Source: Takakia lepidozioides (Eukaryota; Plantae; Bryophyta). From it: a stretch of 64,000 bases of DNA. Shown here piece by piece: positions 12,884 through 26,659 of the stretch; positions within the stretch are counted from its first letter, which is position 1, and every line of letters starts with the position of its first letter. The notes below the pieces were generated by a model. The model was not told the origin of the DNA and did not search any database. It saw only the letters and a list, made by a program, of their open reading frames with translations. The position numbers were made by a program, and so were the translations under genes. The DNA lies in NCBI GenBank assembly GCA_030704615.1, contig CM060731.1:54436001-54500000 (forward strand), written 5' to 3'.

Positions 12884-15800
12884 TCAGAAGATGCTGTAGA
12901 TACTCAAGCTTTTGGATATGTCTGCAACCACCAGATTGTCTGCATTGCTGGCTATAGTACTCAGCCAATTGACCTGCACCAAAACTTGGTTAGAATGGAG
13001 GGAGACAATATATTAATTGCTGGGAGAGAGGACATCCCCGAGTCAACAATTTAATGAGTCAATGGAACAACAGGGGCAATTTTGCGTCCTCCACATTGAG
13101 AATAAGAGATTTTGGACTTATCTCCACTAATACTCTTCATTTATGGCAGAAGATTTCCACCAGCAAGATTGACCACAAGGAAAATGTCACCTTTCTCTTG
13201 TGTTTGATGTCCAGCACCAACGGGCCTCCATCTCCATCATCCACACCAACCGAGCTAGAAGTGATAGGATCTACTTCACGAGCCCAATCCCAAACCTTGA
13301 TAAGAGCATCATTACCACCCGAGACAACAAACCGACCCTGTTCTCCAAATCTTGCAAATGTGCTTCACACACCACAATCAATTTAGGTGAAAGCTTCAGT
13401 ACAAACGGGTTGGTTGTTGAAAAATCCATAAACTGGCAAAGTTCTCAACCTGCAATGTCCAGGAGGCCTGTTTTGGGCCCGGGACAGGTTGAAACTGTAG
13501 TTTGGATCAATCAGACAGTACACTTGTAATTTAAACGATTTTCTACTATTCTAAGAGGAATGTAAGCTTTCAGTAGAACAGTTCAGATATGTGGATCAAA
13601 TCTGAGTGTAATATATGGCCAAACCACTGAGCAGACTCTGTTTTGAGTCATTTGCACTAACAACTCTGGGCATTCAAGGGTCAGACCAGCCCCAGAAACT
13701 ATCCCGTTCCCAGTAGTAGAAATCCTGCAACCACAGCTAGGCTTCAAAATCTACATAGCAGATCTTTAGAGGAAGTACTGGGATGAGGAGTTACTTACAC
13801 ATGGGAGACAGCACACGCATGGCCACGAATGCCAGAGTGCAAATGCCTTTTTCTACCATGCAATTGCAGCACAGCTTGACTCCCAAACTCTGAGTTGATA
13901 GGCCCTGAGTTATCCTTCCCTCCAGTTCTGCTAGGAATACCTCTCTTCTTTTTTGAGTTCTTGCCCCTGGAGGTACTCCTCATAGTCTTACTTTCAAAGC
14001 TCAGGTCGAAGACATCAACAGCTCCATCACCCCGGGCTGCTGCCATCAGCTTTCCTGCCTCCCCAGATGAAACCCCTTCGAAAACTGATAATGCATGGAC
14101 AAAGGGAGGATTACAAATCTGGCCCACTCCTTGGTCACTGGCAGCTGCTGTGGAGGCTGATTGTCACACAGCCAAAAATTAGTTAGTGACAGACTGGGTG
14201 CACCTGTCAATACTCTTAAAACAATCAACTAGTACAGAAAAGTCCTACACCATGGTCACTGGCATGCTATGGACGCTGCCTGTCACACACCGCCAAAAAT
14301 CACTAAACAACAGTTCTTGTGGTGTTCACCTGTCAACACTCTTGAAAAGAAATAAGAACTGCAGAAGGTACTACATCCACCTATATGCCACAAGCTTTTG
14401 TCTAGAGTAACTTGCAAAGGAACATTAAGAAGAATGCATGCAAGGAGAAGGGGGCACCACCCACAAAGGTCCACAATGTGTAATGGCCTTCCCCTGCTGA
14501 AGTCCCACTTGACAATCTTGGAATCCAACCCTCCAGTCACCACTGCACAGTTTAATCGCCATGCCCTAGGTATTAGCATAAGAAATTACAACCATATTGC
14601 TAGATGTGCAAAGACAGTTTGAAATCTGTGGTTGAAGAACACATCCATTCAACCAAAATATACATTTGGGATCGGAGCTTCCTGTCACTGCATGCATCCA
14701 CAGAGGCCAATTTCATGAGACAGTTATTAGGTTTCCTAATGCATTGACAGTGGCAGACAGTGACCTTACCTTCCCATGGCCGGTGCGGATGAAACTGTAC
14801 CGTACTGCAGATCTGTTACAATAGTGAATGCTTCATGAACCCGGGATATTAAGCCTGTGGATATAACCATGCCGTTTTCTAATTCATTGCTATGCATATC
14901 GGTGCTAGAAGCCAAGCCCAAGTGATATTGATAGACAGGCAGAAAGCTACAACAACATTGATTCACCCAAGTAGGAAACAAGAGAAGAGAAAGGTAGGTA
15001 GGGAGCTAGCCAGGGTTTGTTGGTACATTTGAGTGGACTTCTTGTAAGGTCTTGAAAAGCTTGTGGCTTTGCAGATCTATGACCTGCACAAAGCAGTAGT
15101 CAGCTTAAGATTCCCACAATAAAGAATTCTTCATACATTGTAATAGTAAAGTTAGTTCCTCGGTAAAAAAGGCAACACATGACATTAACTCTAGCTCATT
15201 TTTAGTGACTATGCCACAAAAGCTGATAAGTTTCTATAGAAGTTTTAGTTCTCTAATTCTTAGACTCTTAACTTTTGGCAGAATTCTCTTAAACTTCCAA
15301 CCTCAATACCAGATGTACACCTGAAATTCGTACACAGAAATAAGAATGGTATCCCCATTGTCATGACAACATCCAACTTACCTTGACTTGCCCACTATCA
15401 TCTGCTGCTGCAAGGTAAGTCGCCTTCTGATTCACAACCACCTGCATCGAAACCACATACTCGTGAGTAAGTCCTTTACTCAGATTTACCACAAGTTTCC
15501 CGCCATACTCAATAGATTTGAAGAGAGAATCATGAACTGGATTGTGATCACAGACCAGTAAATCTACACTGCTCACTAGATCAGGTTATACATATACTAC
15601 CATGCAAATATGATCTCGGCTTTTTGGGTACCTGGTTGATTGCATCTGTGTTGAAAGTGTAAGTCTGCAAGGGGCTGCCTGACGGCCCCTCCAAGTTCCA
15701 TACAAAAGAACCATACAAACTGTAAGCCACGATCGCACCCAGATGACTGACAAATCATGCAATGATCTCATGATTGATCACCAGTGTTGACTGCCATGAA

Positions 15801-18800
15801 TCATTTCCTTCACATCAAACTGAGACTCCACAATGTGGTCAGGCTCTCAAACCCCATGTTAATCAGATATTGAGGTAGACATGGATAACAGAGAAAGACA
15901 TCAAAATGCCACAAGAGGATTCCCACAGAAACAATTAGAGTGGGCTCCACAGCATACCAAGCGCTGATCCAAACAGAAGATAACTGCCCCTGCTCCAGCA
16001 TACAGCATGTTCTCATTACCTGAAGGAAACAAACTGCCATGAGACTTCTACTTCTCCATGTCTGTCACTCAAATCTCTTCTCTGTGGCTGGGTCTGTATC
16101 CTGGGTACTCTCACCAGAGAGACGCCCTCTTCAATTCCATCAAGGGAATTGAGCATGTACCTGTATTTACCAACTTTGAAAGTCTCGAGCCTGAGCCAAA
16201 AGCCCAGGCCCTTTTGGGGGCTAGCTATTGGGCAAATCACACAAAGCAGATAGATGCTTGTGTGAAGGGAATTCTAGAGGATATCTGGAAAACTCGGATC
16301 AATCCTCTATTCCGAGGTGAGTCATACTACCGGCGTCAGCCCCTGACAAAGGTTCTGTCCCTTTGTGTTCGGCTCAAACTGGGCGCCGCGTCAATGGCCA
16401 CAAGGCTACGGCAAACAACGTCTTATGAGTACATTCTCTCTCTGTGGCTAGGCTCCTAGTAACACCACTCAAGACATGCCTATTCCCTGTTGAATTTCCT
16501 GCCTAGAACAGAACAGGAAAACAACTATGTCCTATGTAACAACACTCTTGAATTGCCTGATAACTGTTCCTCTCTCTATCTGTGAATTTGGTGCGATGTT
16601 GCGAACATGACAAGTGATGGTGAACTAATCCCTGGTACCTTGTGCTAGGCCCCGCAGCAGCAGCATAGTGGAGAATATATGTACACCTTCTACATGATCC
16701 AGTCAATGTACATTGTTGTCTTGGCTGGTCTATTGTAGCCAATGCCTTGTATCAGATTTAGGAAACCTGAAAATGAGAGGCCTGGAAGTCTCTATCTCTC
16801 CTGCCTTCATCTTGATCGTGGCTTGTAACACCATTCAAGAATTGCCTAATCTGTATTGTAGATATGTAGATATTCTATGGCTGTGACAGGCTTCAATTAT
16901 CTTAGATTACAAGTGGGGAAGTAGGGTAGGCTTCCTCTACTTCAAACCTTCCTCGTTAGACAGCTGATTTCTGTTCTAAGCTTGGACACAATTGGTCATC
17001 TAGTATTTTCTTGTCAAATTATTGGTAGTTAGCATTTCGGACCAGCCATGCTATGAAAGAAATATGATCTTATTTCAATAGTATTCTGGTGGCTGAAGCT
17101 ACCATCCTATTCTGGTTTTTAACCTTATGTCATACAAGGTATAAGGTTGTGATGAGACATTTCATTAGACCTTGCTAGTTTATGAACTTTCTCAACAGCC
17201 ATGAAACACCATAGAACCTAGATTTTGATCTATTATGTAGTCCAAGATCAAGTCAATCATAGCATAGCATTCAGGTTTCCAGAATGCATAAACCTTCCAT
17301 GCATAGTTTCCCTTTGAACAAGCTCCTGTTAGCCATTCCTGTGGTTCACAGAATGAAGATTGCATTGAAAGGGCTAACATGTTTCAGGTTTCTGTGGTCT
17401 TAAATCTTCACAAACTACATCTAAATGATCCGAGACCTGAACTAGTCTTAGGAGTCTTGTATGATGTGATGCCCATTCAAAGGAAAGAATGCTTGGGCTT
17501 CTAAATGATTGGGTGGTGCTGGGATGAAACAGTGGCCAGTGTTTGCAAACACCTTACTCATGTTGACCTCAACAAATTCAGGCGCCTGAGAGATCCGCCT
17601 GTCTATGAGCTGATTCAGGTGCAGGTTTCTCTCCCAGATTACCCTGTTCTTTGATATTAACAAGTGTCACCTATTTTGTACTACAACTGTCAAAAGGGTG
17701 GATCCACTGAGCATATCTGAAGTTTAGATGTACCACCATTTAGGCCGTTGTGTCCAGCTTTCACTGTCTTCTTTGTTTGAAGTTGAAACAGAATGCCTAA
17801 TGGTGTTCATGTTACAGAACACCAACTGACTACATGAATAGCGACACTACCATGACGTTCATGGCCATGGGAGATGCGTCACAGAGAGAACATGCTTGCT
17901 GGGCTGGTGTACAAGAGCCCTTCCCCAAGGGGGCCCTCTTTCGAGGGTGATATGTCAGATAGACTGGTCAATGTGGACGGTCCGCTCTCTCATGGAAGGC
18001 GGTTAATAAATGTCTGGTAGAACTTCAGCTCTCGTCCTTAAATAATAGGTCAAAAGGTGACTTTGTGCAGTGGACTCGTGAGAAAGCCCAAACTGGGGAA
18101 CGATCCATTGTGGATTATATCACAGTGGACAAGCATACTGGAGTATATTTCAAAGGGTTACAACGCTCCCATCAGCTCTTCTGAGATTGTGGAAGCAATT
18201 GAGCATTTAAATAGATATAAAACTGGTGGACCTGATGGCGTACTCAATGAGCTTATCAAGTATGGTGGCGACCCCATGATAGAGGCCCTTGAACTTCTCT
18301 TTAATCTTATCTGGAGGACTGAATTGATCCCCTTTCGCTGGCGTCAGGGGGTCATCGTCAATATACACAAGCAAGGTGACAAAGAAGAGCCAGGGAACTG
18401 CAAAATGAGGGGCAGGGATAAAGAAAGGACCTCGGCTTAGAGATACTGACATCACCTCCTCCGCGCCAAAGCATCGGAACCTCTGAGAAAAGGATTTTGT
18501 GCGTATATCAAAAACGCAGACACTCCCATCCTGGAAGAGAACCAACAAAATAATGGTTAGGTGTTCAGGTATCGCAACAGTACTTGCAAGTAGTTGGATA
18601 AGTACGATAAACAGCAGAGGTTGGATTTACTTGTGTTTCCTTCACCTTCTACCATTGGCCACGAAGAGCTGATTCTCAATTGTACCTCGCTCGAAGAGGC
18701 GACCACGTGAGGAGATGACTGCGAAGAAACGCAGCAAAGAACGGACTGGGAGTGGCCAAAAAGCCTAGTAATTCGTCGCTGCTCCTGAGGTGTATCCGCC

Positions 18801-18802
18801 AT
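12884..18802 (-). CDS. WDR53: WD40 protein, WDR53-like. Exons ~18802-18686, 18530-18431, 16019-15958, 15688-15632, 15441-15382, 15083-15027, 14812-14770, 14542-14465, 14156-13799, 13362-13191, 12973-12884
   Basis: Spliced protein MADTPQEQRRITRLFGHSQSVLCC..SEDGSVCVFDIR..GNENMLYAG..DAINQVVVNQKATYLAAADDSGQVKVID..HSNICSTVQFHPHRPWEVVTGGLDSKIVKWDFSRGR..QICNPPFVH..ARGDGAV..GHACAVSHV..SGGND..KVWDW..KRKVNWL..NLVVAD..IYSIF* follows the plant WDR53 family. An alternative in-frame ATG lies at 18814. Confidence 0.85.
16040..16420 (+). mobile_element. Probable 3' fragment of a non-LTR retrotransposon ORF2 in WDR53 intron 2
   Basis: YSHQRDALFNSIK..LLG..YW..IDACVKGILEDIWKTR resembles the post-CCHC C-terminal tail of LINE ORF2 proteins. 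Confidence 0.4.
18155..18405 (+). mobile_element. Non-LTR retrotransposon RT N-terminal fragment in WDR53 intron 2
   Basis: NAPISSSEIVEAIEHLNRYKTGGPDGVLNELIKYGG..LFNLIW..IPFRWRQGVIVNIHKQGDKEEPGNC matches LINE RT domain 0/1 (K.PG.DG, W....I..I.K.GD...P.NY). Confidence 0.85.
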
Positions 18803-21800
18803 GGCTTCCTTCATGCGCTGTCAAGGCGTCGATCAAGATGACGTTCAAGGATTGCATTGCATTGCACACTATTGTGTGAATATACTGACGCTTGCTCGCC
18901 TGTGACACTGCATTCCCAAAAGGTCTCAACAGCTCTCAATAACACAGTTTCATCTTCTTTGTCACTCCTCAAGATTAAATATTCAAAACCAAAAAGGCTT
19001 GTAGCATAAATCAGGTTTCTTACCGAAAAAATGGAGAAGCTTTCCATTGGAAAGGTCATTTTGATATGGATGTTCATGTCTATGACCTTGGGGATTTATT
19101 TGATGGTCAAATCAAAGGGGTGACTTGTTTTGGAAGAGAAGGAGCAATCGCTGATACTGGCCAATTTTTAGGAAGAAGAGACTGCCTCCACCCGCGACCT
19201 TTTCAAGATCCCCAGATTTTTCCTCCATATGCATAGGACTACAGTTTGTACTAGATACCGAGCCACCTGAGGCCATAAAATTTTTGCCAATCAAGCTTGC
19301 CCAGGGTATGACGCGCCTAGCAGAATTAGCCCTAGGTGGCCCGTTCCCTGGCATTAATTTGAGTTCCCTTTGAGTTCCCTGAGCGATCCCTTACTGCCGA
19401 TGCCGGATGCAGAATCTGCGGCCGGGGCTGCCAATTCTTCACACTCAATTGACAAGTTACACTTGGCGCCCTAATTTTGTATTAGTTGTAAATTTATTCG
19501 CATCTAATGCCAATATTCAATATACATTGATGCTAGCTACCATAATTTATATTTTATATTATTTTAATATTTATAAAAACATTATCCCCTGTTGTTTTGA
19601 AAAGAATTAAACACATCATTTAGAATCTTATTACAGTTATAAGTTTAATTTTCAGTTTTTATTCATACCTCTATGTAATCTCATTAAATGCTAAATCATT
19701 CGAATAAATAAATGTTGCAGACCTCACGCGACATATTAAGAAACTATTTGACAACCTGGACCGATTTCAAAGAAAAATCTCGAGTATTTCATGATAGTTT
19801 GATTTAAGATAAAGCATGACAATTATTCAAGAGATTAGTTGAGCTGAGGAAAGCAAAAATCAAAAGCTTACGTAAACATGTGCAACCCGAGCCTAACGTA
19901 CCTAGAGCAATTGTCAGAGACTATATTAGCAAAAGTCAGTTATGGGCAAAGAGGTCCTTGTCTGAGCCTACCGCTCTGAAGAGGTCTGATATGGGTGAAA
20001 AAGGGCGAAAATCACACATTGCTAATGAAGGGCCTATTGCTTCAAGCTCAAAGGTGCCAAAGCAACTGATGTAGTTGTTTCTAATATGCTAGAAAATATG
20101 AATAGCACGGGTGGTGGACTTCAGCAAATACAACAACTGAATAGAGAATCCAAAATGCATGTTGCAATTGGAGGGCCAGCTACTTTAGCTTTCAGGAAGT
20201 GAAGTTGTTTGCGAGTCTAATATTGAAGGAGGTTTACACAAAACCACCGATGGGCGAAATGAAAGAGTTGAAACCTCGTCAACCACTCCAAGGATAGAGG
20301 CAAGACAAAACCCGCTAAGGTGTGGCTCGAATAGTGACAGCGAAAAGTAATGCACAGAGGCGCAAAAACCAAACTCACGGCAACTTTCACATGGAATGGC
20401 CTTCCAAACCGAGAGACGCCAAAGAAGGCAAGCCCTAGAAGTTTCCAAGCTTCGAAGAATACGATTTCAAAGGCAACAAAACCCGCTTCAAGAGGCATGC
20501 TAGAATGTACACGAGAATGAGCAGAATTGTTTTGCACAATGTCAGTAATTTGAAGCTACCGGTGACACCTTTGATTTTCTTTTTCTTTCTTGGAAAACTT
20601 GGGGACAGAGCCCCATAAATGCATTAGAAAAACAGGAAGAAACAACCACTTGGGAGCATATACTTTACAAGTTTTCTCTCGGTTTTCTGACATTCATGCA
20701 CCTCTATTACAATTTATCCTTCATTTCCCAAGCCTTTTCTCGATTTTTTGGCGAGTTTAGGTACCCTGATGTGGTACAATTAATTACCTTTTTTTAACTA
20801 ATAAAAAGACCGGATATGAGAACAAGAAAAAATGAAGGGTTCGAACAAAGGGTGCATTGACATACCCACATGGAGGGAAAAAAAATAAAAAAATGATACA
20901 CGATGCTTGCCATTATTTTATTGGCTCCTTAAATCAAAAGACTATTTTTTCCACCATTTTGTAACCTCCTTTGATTTAATTTGATTACAAGGGCCTCCGT
21001 CCCTTTTTTCTTTCTTTTTTTTTAAAAAAAACTGCATTTCTTTTGTTCAAAAGATAACATCTACACCCTCCACCTAACACCTAACTTCTTCCAACATCAA
21101 TCTCCGTGATTTAGACTCTTTTCTTTCTCCCCTTTCTTTGTGTGAATGGCATGGCCATCCAAATTACGAAGGATGGAATCCTTATGGGCACTTATTTGGC
21201 GAGGCCGGTGGCCAAGCCAATCAGCTCAGAGGTTCTCAACAACTTAAAGAAGAAAGGACACAATGACATCTTATTTCCAGATGCCACGGAGTTTACTAGT
21301 AGCGAGCGTATAGCGTTTAGTCAGCCATACTGCATGCTCCCTCTACACCTCCAGCAAGTAAAGCTGCGAATTCACATTCCTGTCACCCTAGGAAAAGAAC
21401 TTACATAAGTAGAGCCATTGTGGAGGACTATTAAGATGAGAAATAGAAACATAACTTGTGGAGAACCTTCCACAACGGTGTAAAATCTAACCAACGAAAT
21501 TACGGACGAGGGTTGACAAACATGAAGGATGTCATCAAAACCCTAACTGACATAACTATTTATACAAGCTTCTCACTAACATTCAAGGTCATAATCAAAC
21601 AAGGATTCCGAAGCCATGGATTGAACAAACCCTTTCTATGAGAACAAGGAATGTAGTCAAGAGCAAGGTTCAACAACTGGCTTATTGTGAGCTGTATTTT
21701 TGTTGACAAATTATGTGTCCAAATCCCCTCAGCACCAATGGCTTTACGGGTTACAATTGTCCGATTCTTCCACATCTGATCCTTAATCCATGGCTTTCAG

Positions 21801-21884
21801 TAAAGTGTTAGCAATTATTCCTTTTCTTGGCAGCGATGTGCACTTAGGGTTTTGAAGGAGATATATAGGTCTTACATGAGGGCT

Positions 21885-22345
21885 ATGATGTACCTCCAAT
21901 TGCCTTGAGAAGTTCTTTGATGTGTCATTACATCATTTTTTGTTAAATTGCTGTTTGATCAAATCTCCCACGTTTTTTGGAGTATATATTTCGAAACATT
22001 ATTTTTGGGAATATATATTTTGAAACTTTCAGTTTACAGCCTTGAGGTCTTTATTGATTAGGGTTTCTAATCTTCTTCTTTTAAAAACATTGCTAAGTAA
22101 TTGAATGAATCTTGTAGGTTATTGAGTTTTGAAGGATTTCAATGATTATGATATTGAAACATCACAAAAATGATGATTCTACAACCTCGAATGTCAGTCT
22201 TTTAAGTATTGTTTGACCGAATCTTGTGACCTTCGCTCGGGAGACTTGGAGTCTGTGAATTAAAACGTTTGAGCATGAGGGATTCAATGCGATCCAACAC
22301 ATGCCTCAATACTGAGAAACCCTCTGCCAATTGTACTTCCAGTTG
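21885..22345 (-). repeat. One ~450-bp unit of a dispersed repeat, inverted relative to 48180-48945
   Basis: Its reverse complement aligns with cttctcaaggcaactggaagtacaattg...aaaagactgacattcgagg...tgatgtttcaacatcata...aaaagaagaagatt at 48180-48945. Confidence 0.85.
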
Positions 22346-23596
22346 TGAAAGAGCCATTTAAGAGTATCTTTTAGTTTCTGTACATAGTAGGATTGATAAG
22401 TGGATCTGATAGGAATTTATCCAAGTCATGGAGTCAGATTGAGTATAAAAGCAAAGATAATAGTGAGTGGGCATAAGATCTGTGTTTGTAAATTGCGGAA
22501 AGTTAAGAGATGAGTGGAGAGGTGTCCAATTATAGTAGGTGTTTTGGTAGATAGAGCTGAGGTGGTATCCAAGGGAAAGAGTCCCTATGTCTACATGTTG
22601 TGGTAGTGACTAGTCCACCAACTCCGTGGCGCCGACGCAAGGTGAGCTTACCTTGTTTTGTATTGTAACCCTAATCCTGATATTGTAATGGATAGTAGGT
22701 GTAGATCGGGTCTCAGTAAGGGAGATAGGAATGAGCAGGTAGTGTAATCCAGTTTGGTCTAGATCTAAAAAATGTATATGGGCAAGAACGTTCAAGGATA
22801 TACAGGGTTGGGGAATGAGGTTCCTGTTGGTGCCAATAACTGTAGAGGTGTTTATTGCTCGTAACTTTCCCCTATTATACAAAGAAGCAAAAGATGGCCA
22901 GGGTCTAAGGCAAATTATGGGGGAGTGGGTCTGCATGTATTTACTATATTTTGACATTGGGTCATCAGAGTACATTCTATGTGCACATAAGTAATAGGGA
23001 TTCTCTACAAGACAGGGAGCATAGTGAGTTGGATCAATTTTTGAGCATAGTATAGTCATAAATTTGGTATGTTGTGGGTAGGACAAAGGTGATCGGGTTG
23101 GTGTCTGTGCATAGTGCGTTTCAAACTGACCATTAAGCGAGGGGTAGAGAGCATATATCCAAATAGAGTTCAGTTGTTGGGGTTTAAGATAATAGCATAG
23201 GGCGAGAACTTCTGTGTTTACATATTGAATAGGGGGGCAGATAGGTGCCCCTATATAGTAAGTTTGATATTGAGAGCTGAAAGAGTAGTTCAGTGGGTTG
23301 AGATAATAGCAAAAGGTTAGTGGTTTTGTGTTTTCATGATGTAAGAGGGAGCAAACAAGTGCCCGTGTATAGTAAGTTTGATAATCAGAGTTGAGACAGT
23401 AGGCTAGAGGAGGTGTCCAGATAGAGAGAGTTTGGTAGTTGGAAGTGTTGAGAGAGCAGTCAAGATCCGGAGTTCATGTGCCAGTGTATTGTGGAATTAT
23501 CCAACTTAGAAAATTTGTAGAGTTTTTCAGACGTGAGGTGGAATTGTATCTATTTGCACACAAACTGAGCGAACTAGGAGTGTTTATATTTACACA

Positions 23597-24416
23597 TCAG
23601 ATTTCAAGAAAAGAGGCATTTTGTGAAAGAGAGCTAATCAGTGGCTGTATATAGTAAGTTTGGTATTGGGAGTTCATGGAGGAGTCAAAAGCAAATGTCC
23701 AAAGGAAGATAATTTGATAGAGAGGACTGACATAGCAGGTAAGAGCAGGAATCCTTGTATCAACGTATTGTGGGAATATGCAACATATGCATTTATAATA
23801 GTCTTTGAGAGTTTGGGCATCTATAGAAGGGGTAGAAGATATGTTGACAAGATCATAAGCATGACAGACATGATGTAGGTAGTGGATCAAGGCCAGGGGG
23901 CACCTGGGTGGGCAAAGATAGAGAGCGGGTTGACTCCTACTGTCATTTAGTGCAGTGTAGCTCCAGGCTCGTAATTTTTTACGAAGGCCATGAAGCTGAG
24001 AAACAAGATATGAGGAAGGTTTGGTTTGGGCATCCAGGCCCTGTTCATTTATGTGAACATTGCGCATCAAGAGATCATAGGGTGTAGTTAGATAAAAGGA
24101 GGAATTAGTGGGGAGGCATGCAGTTGATTTGGAGGGATTTGTTTGACAATTAAACTTAGCATGCCAGCTATGAAGTTGTGAGGTTATAAGGGATTCAAAG
24201 AGTAGCATTGTGTGGGAGTAAAGATAGGTATCATAACTATTTGGATAGAGAATTCCAAGCAGGTGCGAGGGATAGTACCTCGGAGTACGCTTTGCAGGTG
24301 TAGAGTTCAACAATTGTATCTTTTGCCAGATGTTGTGGTTGTGGGACCTTGCATATGAAGCATGTTGGGGGTCCAGTGGAATTGACGTAGTAGAAGGCAG
24401 GGAAGCCTGATCTGTT
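23597..24416 (-). pseudogene. 3' half of an unknown ORF split by the CACTA insertion (5' half at 46008-46651)
   Basis: Removing 24417-46007 and one GTT copy gives an uninterrupted frame ..YFQTATT|DQASLPSTTSIPLDPQHASYARSHNHNIWQKIQLLNSTPAKRTPRYYP.. ending at 23597. Confidence 0.6.
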
Positions 24417-25124
24417 CACTAGAAGCATTCGTGTCTTTTCCGATTCGACTGCATGTCCGCGACCACTCCGGGAACCACTTGGTAGTAAACGGGACTACTG
24501 GAGAGTCGAAACAGACAATGTGGGCCCACGGGGGCATTTTAGACGGCGGACAGAAGTGGGGTCAACGACTCCGGAGTTGTAGCAGAATTCCGAGCTATTT
24601 TACGAATTGCGTAAATACATAAAATTTGAAAAAACCAAAATTACAAGTGGTTGTAATTACTGCACATGCGACTACAAATTTTCTTTCCTAATTCGATTAA
24701 TGGAATAAAGATATTTATTCATTAAAGTGAATATGTAGTCGACTCAACGACTCCATGAACCACTGCGCATTCATTGCACCCATGACTCGGCAGCACATTT
24801 GCTGACGTGGCTTTCACAAAAAGAGGTAAACAAAATGTGGCCTTGGGGGAATAGATATTTTAATACGTGCTGCCTCCACCTGGCAGAGACAAGGATGCAA
24901 GTGCTGCGTCGGACATGGCGGGACGTGGGAATGGAAATCCTGACACGGATCATTTACAGAATGTGCTGGATGGAGGCACGATGGAGCGCGCATACGGGCA
25001 TGCCCTTCTGGCATCAATTCCCAAGTATCCACGCAAGGTGAGGCTGCTGAATTGGGTTTTTGCCCATCTAGTTTTCTGACAGCATGCTCGAAACGTTCAT
25101 AGTGCCATTGAGTGGCATCGCAAT

Positions 25125-25827
25125 AATTTGATGTGTAGCTGCTTTTCCATTTCTCAAGTTATGCAGAAGGCGTCACAGAAGAAGATCGCAAAGACGTCAA
25201 GGCTGAAGAATATGCCCTTTGGTTGTGAACTACAATCATATCATGCCAAACCCCATTTTCCCCACGCAGATGAGGGAGACATTCTACATTTGCGAGTGGG
25301 ACTTAATTCCTCTAAACCCAGCTTGAAGGCAGTTGTGACACCAGAGAAACTGGAAACTACCTCCAAGAAAGTTGAAACTCGCAAGATAGTCATGTATTTG
25401 TCTCATTATCTCCAACTGGGATTCCGAGTTATCATCCGACCCTTTACATGTGCGCTGGAATGGAGTATAATTCTGGTTTAGGCAGTTATTGCCACCAGAC
25501 GTTCGCTTCTCCAATTTTTACATTTAAGGATGTGTCTGTGTTTATGGCACTCTTTCTCCCAAGGAGGCCTGAGTACCCCCCTGTACTTGCAAGAATTTGA
25601 TGTGTAGCTGCTTTTCCCTTTCATAAATTATGAAGAAGCAGTCATAGAAGAAGATCGCAAAGAGGTCAAGGCTGAAAGCGTTCATTAAGGTTGTGAACTA
25701 CAATCATATCATGCCAAACCAGCGGCGGCAGATGGTGTCATGAGACATTCTGCGATTTGCGCATAGGTGGACTTAATTTTGATGTTGACTTGAAGGCAGT
25801 TGTGACACTAGTGAAACTGGAAACTAC
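25125..25827 (+). repeat. ~235-bp direct duplication inside the CACTA
   Basis: aatttgatgtgtagctgcttttcc..gaagaagatcgcaaag..ggttgtgaactacaatcatatcatgccaaacc..aaactggaaactac at 25125-25360 and 25594-25827. Confidence 0.85.
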
Positions 25828-26659
25828 AGGTTAGATGATGGCGTGCTGCATCGCGACATAAACCTGCATTTGACATTCAGGCTTAGGATTCATGCAATTT
25901 GGTGCTAGTCAGGCCTGCACAGTTCCAGAGCACAAGTGGGAGCCCATCCGAGGGATGGGGACCTCGTAAGTGCTTCTTCATTTTGTACTCACCTTGTTTT
26001 TGCATCGCACTTGTGCTACAAGGGGCAGAGCCATTCATTTGGCTGGAGGTTCAATTCCTCTACAAGTGAGCTATTCCCGTGTCACTACAATCAATTAGAT
26101 GTGTTTGTGGTGGTTGGTGGATTTGCGGCTCTGGGGTGTCTTGCCAAGTGCTTGCAGGGATCAACGTTAATGTGGACGTGGCAGTACATGTAGCAAAAAA
26201 GCTCATTCGCTGGTGAAAAAGACCATGTTGCAACATATGTCATGCTATTGCTTCGAGAGTGCTGATGTTGGGCAGGTGGGAGAATGCAACAACGGTGAGA
26301 AGGAAAGCAAGGGAAGCACAAAAAGGTGTCGTTCGGTCCTGCTCCTTTGGAGACACCTCCCATTCCATTGGTCTTTGTTCCTGGAAAGCATGCAGCTGGG
26401 CCAGAAAATGCATGCACACATTCACGTCTACTTCCCGTACATGAAGACGATCCTCTCCTCACATGTCAGAAACAATATTGGCAGAACAAAAAAAGGTTTG
26501 TTCACAAGACAGTACAGACCACATACCGGGACATTATCGATACTATTAACTGTCTCGCCCTTGCGCGCTTGCAGGACTGTACAAAATGGGTTCTAAGGAC
26601 AGTAAGAGTCCTTAGCATAGCTCTCGTCTATGAGCTGCTGGCTTAATGGACACTGAGAT

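Noticed and set aside
24237-24428. Zinc-knuckle-like CFICKVPQPQHLAKD ORF
   Set aside because: The final Cys is missing, its start lies within the CACTA TIR, and a different frame is the one restored by excision.
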